64,000 nucleotides of DNA. Origin: Octopus vulgaris (lineage: Eukaryota). The notes below the pieces were generated by a model that saw only the letters and a list, made by a program, of their open reading frames with translations, ran no database searches and was not told the origin of the DNA. Made by a program: the position numbers and the translations under genes. This document shows, piece after piece, positions 52,401-64,000 of this stretch (position 1 is its first letter; each line of letters opens with the position of its first letter). The stretch lies in assembly GCA_951406725.2 (NCBI GenBank), contig OX597822.1:62248001-62312000 (forward strand), given 5' to 3'.

Positions 52401-53186
52401 AATTTTAGGCCGCGTTTTTACGCAAAATCACGGCGAAAATTTAAAACCTCAACTATACAATTGTATTCTACAAGTACTATACAGAAACTGAGGTCAATTG
52501 AACTGCTAAGATATATTATGACTTAACTTTGCTTGTTCGTTAATGAAATTTATGAAATCTGTAACCTAGGTTTCTCAGGGTTATATACCAAAGCATATAA
52601 TGATAATAGGCTAACACGGAAAATATCATTTTCCACATCGTTACATTTATTTACAGGATAATCCATTCATTCGTAAATATTGATCTGTTTTCTGTGAACT
52701 ACGAACTATTTTACTCAAGAGATATGGGAAATTCTAGAGTTTGGAGCCAGATAGTAAGTTGTATATATAAAAATTCCCTTCATGCTAGTCGAATAGCTGT
52801 GAAATTTGCTTTGTATCCATGATCGATTCTACTGTGTGGTATCTCGAGAAATGTAATTTCTAGTAGCCTTGGTTACACCATTCCTTGTGATCGAAATTTG
52901 ATTGACAGAAACTGTAAAAAAGTCCTTCGGGTGGTTTGAACACGTAATTTAAAAATACAGTCTTGTCATACACTGTCATTTATGTTAAAGGTACACATGA
53001 CCTTGTATCCTGTGGAATACTCAGGTACTTACAAACTAATCCAATGAGCAAGTATTTCAGTTGATGAAATTATCCTCATATATATATATATATATATGTG
53101 TGTATGTATGTATGTATGTATGTATGTATGTATGTATGTATGTATGTATGTATGTATGTATGTATGTATGTATGTGTGTGAGTGTG

Positions 53187-53484
53187 TGTGGAGGCGCGCA
53201 ATGGCCCAGTGGTTAGGGTAGCGGACTCGCGGTCTGGGGATCGCGGTTTCGATTCCCAGACCCTGTGTTTATTGAGTGAAAACACCCAAAGCTCCACGAT
53301 ACTCCGGCAGTGGGTGGTGGCGACCCCTGATGTACTCTTTCGCCCCAACTTTCTCTCACTCTTTCTTCCTGTTTCTTGAGTAACACTGCGAAGGACTGGC
53401 GTCCCGTTCAGCTGGGGGGAACACATACGCCATAGAAACCGGGAAACCGGGCGCATGAGCCTGGCTAGGCTTGAAAAGGGCGCA
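53187..53484 (+). mobile_element. SINE family C, tail type 4
   Basis: Colinear with the 46925 copy; tail-only copy at 56830-56940 (-). Confidence 0.9.
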
Positions 53485-53800
53485 TATATATATATATAGA
53501 GAGAGAGAGAGGGGGAGAGAGAGAGAGAGAGAGAGAGCGCATAAAGGGATAAGTTATTCTGCAAGATACCGTATTATCTCACAAATTGGAATAGTTGCTG
53601 GCTATCCCCAACGGTCCATTACATAGTACTCAAGCGTAAAAGAGATACAGGTACTAGTAAGCTATACTTGGGTTGTTCTGTGTTCCTATTCAAAACTGCA
53701 AATATTCAAAGAGTACGTAACTGATAACGAAGAGGAGAGTGGAGATTTATTCACATCCAAAATTTTTTAGCAAAAAGTTTTGTACAGCATATATAACCCT

Positions 53801-53885
53801 GACCTACATATGTTTCGACTGCAGCAATGGCACTTGCTGTGTAAGCAATTACGCTTTCTAGTCGCTGCAATTTCATCAAGGGTCC
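53801..53885 (-). ncRNA. Hammerhead motif with U3 core variant and long stem II
   Basis: Reverse complement: gaccc-TTGATGA-a-attgcagcga...ttgctgcagt-c-GAAA-catatg-TA-ggtc; stem III is the ACATATGT palindrome. Confidence 0.68.
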
Positions 53886-54000
53886 ATCACTCACAACGTT
53901 TTCAAAGTGAACTGATTCAAACAAGCATCCTGCTAGTTTCAGCTATAAGAAATATTCAACGTTAGAAAATATTATTTCGGTAAAAAAATAAAATTATAAT

Positions 54001-54085
<85 letters not shown>

Positions 54086-54088
<3 letters not shown>

Positions 54089-54641
54089 GCCCTGATGCAA
54101 TACCAGGCAGTGGCTCTCATGGCTTCTGATCTTAACTGACTGGAAGTGTTATCATGTACATTGTTTTATCTTGGTATAAGAGATGGGCTACAGCAAATAT
54201 TCTGCTCAATACCACAGATTTGCTTGTCAGTTGTTTGACCTTAACCAGTTGAGCATGTCCCTTAGTGGCTGACGATATGTGCATCTCTGATCAGAGCAGA
54301 AGTAGTGGGGGAGCATCATAGCCATGTGTTGAGAGGGATTCTTTGGGGTTTGAATAATTCACCTCTGGAAACATGGGTGGTTCTTTCAACATCCTTAAAC
54401 AACCCTTTTTCAGGGACCTTTTGAGCGGGATGGGCTACTCAACCTGAAGAAAATTCTAACTGGGCCCCACCTGCAAGGTCATGCGCTGTTTATCTTGATA
54501 TAAGATCACCATGTCGCGCACATATGGTTGTGATGCATGTGCCTAGTGTACCCTTATCAGACGGGTAGTCATGATGGGTATATTGGGCTTCGTATATTTT
54601 ACCCCAGTGTCACTTTGATGGCATGCACTGCTCTCTCACTC
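54086..54641. mobile_element. ~555-bp non-coding element embedded in (AAT)n; probably UTR or non-autonomous derivative of a Dong-like element
   Basis: GC-richer block with sharp boundaries flanked on both sides by (AAT)n; no ORF. Confidence 0.6.
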
Positions 54642-56262
54642 AATAATAATAATAATAATGATAATAATAATAATCCTAGAGTGATTATAGAATACAATAA
54701 TTTAATTAATAATTTATGGATTTTAATTTTGTCTATAAGATCATGCAGAGTATACAACTATACATAGAAATATACATGCATACACACGTGAGCATAAATA
54801 TGTGTGCGTATATATGTGCATATGCACGCACACATACATATATACATGTATGTACGTATGTGTGAAAACAATTATACTTTTATATATATATAGTATTTAA
54901 ATACACACACATGTACACACATACACACACATAGATAGCTAGCCAGATAGATAGATATGCATATACACACATGCAGTGATTTCAATATTTTGGCACAAGG
55001 CCAGCAGTTTCGGGGGATGGGTAAGTCGACCCCCCGAAACAGATAGACGCCTGTGTGTATATCAAACACAAATTTGGCTGTCACCGTAGTGACAGCTTAA
55101 TTTGCATATTATACTTTTGATTACCCCACCCTTAATTATACAGTACATATTTCAACCAGGTAAGTTTCCTCTGGAAAGTGTTCAACAAACCGCTCCCTAT
55201 TTTACACGGTTTCACTCCAACACGGTTTTGATACCTGTTAACTTTTTCTCTTTATATTTATGATTTGGAAAGATCTCTACGTTGTTGCTATTTCAGTAAT
55301 TATTTTCAGTTTGTTTCAACTGTAATGCGGTAGACTGCACGCAAAAAATAATACCAGTGTTAGCCTTATTTTTTATATTTATATTTTGTAAATATTTCCG
55401 AGATTAGCAATAAAATTTCAAATACTAACCTGAAAGCGGAGATGAAAGCCAATTTCTCTTGAAAATTGAACTATCAAATCAACTTCAATATGGAAAAAAC
55501 AAACAAATGGTTCGATAAGATCAGAGATATAGTTTTTTTCTACTCTAGGCACGAAATATTTGGGAAGGGGGACAGTCGATTAGATCGAACACTGCTGTAC
55601 TCTTTCACCATAACTTTCGCTCACTCTTTCTTCCTGTTGCTGTTGTACCTGTATTTCAAAGGGCCGGCCTTGTCACACCCTGTGTCACGCTGAATCTCCC
55701 GAGAACTACGTTATGGATACAGGTGTCTGTGGAGTGCTCAGCCACTTGCACGGTACTTTCACGAACAGGCTGATCCGTTGATCGGATCAACTAGAATCCT
55801 CGTCGTCGTAACCGACGGAGTGCCACGACAAATTAAAGAAGTGGTGGCTTAGGAAATTTTAAAATCCGAACTGTCTCTCTCGTGTTAAATAGCTTAACTC
55901 AAGTGGATCAAGCGATAAAGACATTGCACCATAATTTGTGTCACATTTAGTTCAAATAATAGAATGTTCTAAATATTTAATGTTGATAAAACCAATCTAT
56001 TCTGGAATAAAAAGCTGGCTGAATCTTCCATGTCAAGAACAAAAAAGTAAAAAATTTAGCAGATTCAAAGCAGCTAAGATCGAACTACAACTGTTTAAAG
56101 CTGTAATGCAGTAACTGTTTTCGAACCAGTCAGAAATATGGTTTAGCAACGTAACTTAAACTGTAACAGTTCTTATACTACATGCATACATACATACATA
56201 CATACATACATACATACATACATACATACATACATGCATACATACATACATACATACATACA

Positions 56263-56294
<32 letters not shown>

Positions 56295-56319
56295 CATATA
56301 CATATACAAATACATATAC

Positions 56320-56390
<71 letters not shown>

Positions 56391-57300
56391 AAAACATAAA
56401 ATCGGAAGGTATGAAAAGTGGATATATACTTATATTTAGATACATAACTTCAGGAGGGTTACGGCACCATCACCATCTTCGTGTAGTATTAATTTCTTCT
56501 GTACTGTAATTACCGCTACACGAAGAAGGTTGCGAAACGGCTGTATCTCTATGGAAGTCAAATGATTAAATAAATATACATCTCGCTCTTAAAGCTCCTG
56601 ACTATATGGTTTCATGTGAAATGATTGCGTCAGTCGGGTCATCTGGATTTGTAGTTACGTGGACACTCTACATTACACATATTTCTAATCGATTACGATG
56701 TGCATTGATAGCCGAGCCCGTTAGAGAAGCTTTCTGTGATAGCCGCACGATTCTCTGAATCCACATCTTATACAACTCATTCACACACGTGCGCGCGCAT
56801 GTATATGTATGATGTATAAAAAAATAATAAATGCGCCCTTTTAAAGCCTAGCCAGGCTCATGGGCCCAGGTTCCCGGTTTCAATGGCATATGTGTTCCCC
56901 AGCTGGACGGGACGCCAGTCCATCGCAGCGTTACTCATTAATTACCAGTTACGCACTATATATATAATGCATGTATGTATGTATAATTACACACATAGAC
57001 ACACACGTATACATACACACACATATGCATAAGCATGGACAACATGCAAAGAGAAACCTACCAATCCATTCAAATTAAAAATAGCATCATCAGTGAATTT
57101 CTTTCCTGTCGCATGTGCATCCCTAATATAGCAAGCCAAGATGCATCACACAAAGACTGGCTTCTACAAAGACAACCAGAAATGCAACGTTGCTGCTATT
57201 ACAAACAAATATATCTTACGGGATATGCAAAAAAAGGCCACACTACTCATCAGCCATGTAGTCAGAGACACAATCTGTGTCCCACAAACACATATATCTG

Positions 57301-57535
57301 CTTATTTCTTTATTGCCCACAAGGGGCTAAACATAGAGGAGACAAACAAGGACAAACAAAGGGATTAAGTCGACTACATCGACCCCAGTGCGTAACTGGT
57401 ACTTAATTTATCGACACCCGAAAGGATGAAAGGCAAAGTCGACCTCGGCGGAATTTGAACTCAGAACGTAAAGATAGACGAAATGCCGCTAAGCATTTTG
57501 CCCCGTTGCTAACGTTTCTGCTAGCTCGACGCCTT
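57301..57535 (-). mobile_element. SINE family B monomer
   Basis: Family match; partial or decayed copies also at 2570-2680, 2971-3082, 9965-10180, 26120-26260, 29640-29880, 31150-31280. Confidence 0.87.
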
Positions 57536-58243
57536 CAAACACATCTTCTCTCAAACATATCTTCAAACATCTTCTCTCAGCCCTTGGTATTGATACAACA
57601 GGGGCCCCAGCTTATTGAAGTTGGCTCATATCGTGCCATCTTCGCTCAGACTCTTCAAACTCAATCCCTCCTACTTTCGTCGGGCTCTGCATCAACTGCT
57701 CAACGCAATACTTATTTCCCACAGCGTCGTGCCCGACTGCAAATATTTTTCCTGAAGCATCAATTTACTACTTTTCTAGACAAACATGAACGACATTAAT
57801 CTTACCGGTCGAGGAAGACTAAATAAAGCCTTGGGCACAGTTACTTGTTCTAGACTAAACAATCTACGCCTAATTAAATTTGGAAATTAAAGTTTCTTAG
57901 TTTCTCAGTAAGACTTAGTTTTAAAAATAAACTTTAATTTTCCAAATTAATTAGATGTATATTGTTTATTTGGTCTGAGAAAAATAGTTGTATCCTTAAA
58001 ACAAACTGTGCTAGTATAATTAAAACTGTTAAGCTTTGCAAAAAAAAAAAGTACAAATTAATTATTTTTCTCCCCCCAAAAAGTGCCTTTCTTTTTCACA
58101 GATCCGACTTTAATTAACACCGTATTTTAAAAATTGTTATGTAAGCCTAGTGTTTAGAGTTGTTATAGCTCACGTGTGCCGCAATGATGGTATACAGACA
58201 AGAAATAGATTTTTCCGAACATTCTTCCGCTACCAGTATGTAC

Positions 58244-58455
58244 CATAAAATAACACGAAATACCAACATAAGTCGCATATAGTCTCACAGAACGAACCAA
58301 ATTAGTAAAATTTACCTTGGCTGTTCGTAGGTTACAGTCTATTTATGTACTATAAAATAACACAAAACACCAGCACAAGTCGCATATAATCTATATCCAT
58401 ATATCACACACAGAACGAAAGAAATTACTAAAATTTAATTTGGCTGTTCGGAGGA
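58244..58455 (+). repeat. Two-copy tandem repeat, ~105-bp unit
   Basis: ataaaataacac..aagtcgcatata..cacagaacgaa..taaaattta..ttggctgttcg occurs twice. Confidence 0.85.
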
Positions 58456-59513
58456 TATCAGTGTATTATAATGAAAACTTGAGCCCTTAAAAACCCCGTT
58501 TTCACATTGTAACAACACTCAAATACATATATTTCACAACAGAATACCAGTACTATAACTATGAGCTAATATTGAGACACTACATGGACACTCGATCTAT
58601 TAGAGTTAGCAGTCAAATCTCCCTCAAATCGCATTTCACCTACTTCATCAACACCAAATAATATATAACTAATTAATTTTGGAAATTAAAGTTTGTTTAA
58701 AGACCTTAGTTTTAAAAAGAAACTTTAATTTCCAAAATTAATTAGCTATAGATTATTTGGTCTGCGGGAAGAAACTGCAACGATCTGTGCTAGTAAATAG
58801 CAAAATTAAAAACTTTGACTTAAAAACTTTGCGATGGAAAAGTTATAAAATGTTAAATTATATTTCTCTTAATAGAAAAGTGTCTTCCTGTAGAAACTCA
58901 CTTCTGTATACGCACGCCGACACACATACCCATAAACACCAACGCACATACTCTCTCTCCCTCTCCCTCTCACCTTCTCCCTCCGTCTCCCCCCTCTCTC
59001 TCTCATATACACTCGGTGCCTAATTTTCTTTTGTGTCACAGAAAATCGATGAGTGCAGCTCATGCAGGTTGCAGGCATGTACTATGTGCAATCAAAACTG
59101 ATCGACAAATTTGCAGCTTTATGCTAGTTTCAGGAACCAATTAGGCAGTGAACACACCGCTTATTTGCACGAGGTCAACGTACTGCATCTATCTACATGC
59201 TATAGATTGATAACTAACTGCAGTGATTCAACTTGAATTAATTGTCTTAGACATGAGAACTGCACTGTAGGGTCGTAACTGAATATTGAACCGAGAGACT
59301 TTTTATTGTATTGGCTAACTTAAGCTCATCCACTGACTCTTTTCTCTGTCTTTCACATACACATACCTATGTATATGCATCAATTCTATAAACACGCCGA
59401 CCACCAACGCCGACACCACATATAGTAACAGGTGTCAACACCAGCACCAGCACCAGTGCAATCATCTGTAATTGTCACTAGCATCACTATCAATGCCATC
59501 ATCATCATCATAG

Positions 59514-59559
<46 letters not shown>

Positions 59560-60147
59560 TATCACCGTCACTTCCTCGACCATTCCTCACACTCCTATCA
59601 CCAGCACCCTATCATCATCATCATCATCATCACCAATACAAAAACTGTTACCACGAAGAATAAGAAGCACCACCAATGGATTCAACCAACACAACCATCT
59701 CCATCAATATCATCCCACCATCACCGCTGATGCCGCCTCCGCCGTCACCGCCACCGACACTAACAAAAGACAACAACATTTACACGATTACCTATCCATC
59801 TACCTTCCACCTCACATTACACATATTAATTTGGACAACAAAGAAAAATTACCTCCTAGGTTCACCACCACCACTGTTATCAACATTATCAACAACTGCA
59901 ATAACAGCATTTAATCAATCGCCTACTATTACTACAACTGCTGCTGGTGCTATTGTTGTTGTTGCTGTTGCTGCTGCAGTTTACAACCCTCTATTGAGCC
60001 TATAGTGTTATGGAAAGCATGAAAATTTATTCTGCAATTACTGCTAGCAATGCTTTAATTCAATTAGATGTTGGATTTTCATTCGTTATTCAATTAATTC
60101 ACTATCAGACATCCTGCAGTTTATTTCATGAAAATAAAGGTTTCCAT

Positions 60148-60490
<343 letters not shown>

Positions 60491-61506
60491 GAATCAACCA
60501 TAGTGTATGGTCATGCAGCAGATGTGTAGACTGCCTGAATTTTAGATACTCTAGTTAACTATACATGCATTCGGGCTGACTATACACCTCTGTGTAAAAA
60601 CTTCAATAAACATGTCTTTAAAGCCCGTTTTATGTATCCTTAGAAACGTTTGCAAGAAATGGGTGTATTGTCAGGGTTTATTATATACTAGCTATGCATA
60701 TTATAAGTAATAATAAAAAATGGGGGAAATACAATTGATGGTATCATCATCCGACTGTTACATTTGTTAAGTGTACTTTTATCTTCTTAGATATCAACTC
60801 CCATCCACAGCATAAATACTAACGCATCTTTAATAAAAGACTGAAATTATCTTAGTGACCACGCTTCGCCTAGTCCAAGACAGAGCTTCCAATATTGTCA
60901 AATTAAACATAAGTAATGATACTAATGTCACAAGTTACAGTTACACAAATTTGAACGAGCTTTATATCTACTTTCTATGTCTAACTATGACCATTAAATA
61001 TAAATGCAAATTCACAATGTCTAGTAATATCAAAGATCATATTGGTTTCAATGTCAATAATTTTACGAATGTTATTTAAAATTTCATACGATCTCCTTTC
61101 AGTATCCTCCTTTATCCACTTATATTTGGAATATGAAAGAAGATAGTAATCCTTTTGAACCTAAAAAATTGTTTTATAATATTGAATTACTAATTTCACC
61201 AGAATTTTACCAGGATATCTTAGCGTACATTAACTAAATGCTTTTTCTTGTTGTTCCTGCTGGAGGTGTTTTTCTCGTATCCACAACTAATCATTTTTGT
61301 CTAAAATTTTGGTCGAGGGTATCCCGTTGGTGTCCAAAATATTTCTTTATATTTCTTTTTTACTTACATTTCCTGCCAAATATCCTCATCGTCATTATCA
61401 TTGTCATCATCATTATTATCATTGTCATCATCATCCTCATCCTCATCATCATCCTCTTCATCATCATCATCATCATCATCATGTTCTTCCTTTTCTTTCT
61501 CTTCTT

Positions 61507-61581
<75 letters not shown>

Positions 61582-61920
61582 GTGAAGGCGCATGGCTCAG
61601 TGGTTAGAGCGTCGAGCTTACGATCGTGAGGTTGTGAGCTCGAATCCCAGACCGGACTGCGTGTTGTGTTCTTGAGCAAGGCACTTTATTTCACGCTGCT
61701 CCAGTTCACTCAGCTGTAGAAATGAGTTGCGACGTCACTGGTGCCAAGCTGTATCGACCTTTGTCTTTCCCTTGGATAACACTGGTGGCGTGGAGAGGGG
61801 AGGCTGGTATGCATGGGCGACTGCGGGTCTTCCATAAACAACTTTGCCCGGACTTGTGTCTAGGAGGGTAACTTTCTAGGTGCAATCCCATGGTCATTCA
61901 TGACCGAAGGGGGTCTTTAC
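61582..61920 (+). mobile_element. tRNA-derived SINE family D inserted in (ATT)n
   Basis: tggctcagtggttagagcg A-box, gctcgaatccc B-box, gtgttcttgagcaaggcac core; decayed head copy at 62670-62770 (-). Confidence 0.85.
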
Positions 61921-61993
<73 letters not shown>

Positions 61994-61994
61994 T

Positions 61995-62575
61995 GGGTAT
62001 GATGGAAAGTGTCAGCCAGAAGATTTAACTGACACTTGTTTACTGATCATGCTCCAAGAACTCCGCGGAGAACTCCTGCAGTTCTAAGTAATGGTGATTT
62101 TTACAGGGGTTCTGTCTTTACATTTATACCAATCTTTTTGAGCCGCCATGCTGGTAGTTGAGTGCTGATACTTCCAAGTGCACAAACTACCACTGGTATC
62201 ACGCCCACTCTCTTCATTGCTTAGAACCAGCGTATTTCCCACTTCAATTCATCATAGTTGTTCACTTTTTCTTCTTTCTCTTCGATCCTTTTGTCACGGG
62301 GACATGCTATATTGATTATCTCGCATGGTTTTTCTTTTTTGTTCACTACAACAATGTCACATTTCCGATGTCTGATCTGGTGGTCACACTGAATCATTAA
62401 ATCCCACAGGATTTTGCAATCTTCATTCTGGAATCTAGATCATACCACGCCATTGGCCTTTTTAGGCCATAATTTCCACAGAGCTCCCAATGGATAATTC
62501 TTGCTACATTGCTATGTTATCTTTTGTTCTCGCGTTGTGCTAATTTCGGGCATTCACTAACAATGTACCATATAG
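61995..62575 (-). mobile_element. R4/Dong-clade 3' fragment (zinc-knuckle + RLE endonuclease) ending in (TAA)n
   Basis: IVSECPKLAQRE, NEDCKILWDLMIQCDHQI, DIVVV, IINIACPRDKRIEEKEEK..NYDELKWEI, VIPVVVCALG. Confidence 0.85.
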
Positions 62576-62994
62576 TTTCACCCCTCTCAGCACACATTCT
62601 GAATTTGTTGTTCTCAGTTGTGTTATCAATTCTGCATAGTTACTACGACTACTACTACTATCGATATGCTGCAAGTACCTTGCTCAAGAACACAACGCGC
62701 CACCGGGAATCGTACTAATAACTTTACCATCGTGGGCCGAATGCCCCTAACCACTAAGCCACACACCTTCACTCTCTCAACTATAGAAAAAAGGAGTGAA
62801 GCGATAGAGACAAAGGGAAGCCTCAGTCATTTACAATGACAATTAGACTGGAATACGATCGATCTTTTTGTGTTTCTTTACTTTTAACAATGAAGATGAG
62901 GGAAAGAGATATTTTGGCTGGATTATATAGTTATCGGTTCTACACTTCTTTCTATGTTCTGTAACTGTCATGGCACCAGCACACACATTACGGA

Positions 62995-63528
<534 letters not shown>

Positions 63529-63639
63529 ATATCTACAACTTGCTGGGGGATACTGGTATAGAAGGGGTACAGATGCATACGTTTTTTATATTTTCCGTGA
63601 ATTTTCACGGGTCCAGCTGGTTATTATTACTAATCGTCT

Positions 63640-64000
<361 letters not shown>

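Noticed and set aside
58244-58455. Possible CRISPR-like repeat-spacer pattern (also 42907-43160 and 41967-42003)
   Set aside because: Plain tandem duplications without unique spacers; eukaryotic context and no cas genes
58654-58760. miRNA precursor candidate
   Set aside because: Extremely AT-rich, duplicated locally and MITE-like; no expression evidence

Overview
AT-rich eukaryotic genomic DNA with no recognisable host protein-coding exon. The SINE repertoire and microsatellite load match my recollection of coleoid cephalopod (Octopus-type) genomes, an inference not checked against a database. The window is almost entirely transposable-element debris and microsatellites: a 5'-truncated Penelope-like element (RT + GIY-YIG, 42.6-45.2 kb), several R4/Dong-clade non-LTR fragments, CR1-like LINE fragments, mariner, Tigger/pogo, MULE and Tc1 relics, four tRNA-type SINE families and one old dispersed repeat. 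Most ORFs in the supplied track are microsatellite artefacts. The most interesting signal is non-coding: about ten type I hammerhead-ribozyme-like motifs (CTGANGA...GAAA...TH, usually with a palindromic minimal stem III). They lie in short Penelope-terminus-like units that mostly end at (TA)-rich microsatellites, and several are built as ORF-less fold-back palindromes, one of them carrying a hammerhead in each arm. In parallel, two groups of R4/Dong elements appear to target different microsatellites, (TAA)n versus (CATA)n. Coordinates, pairings and identities were read by eye and are approximate.
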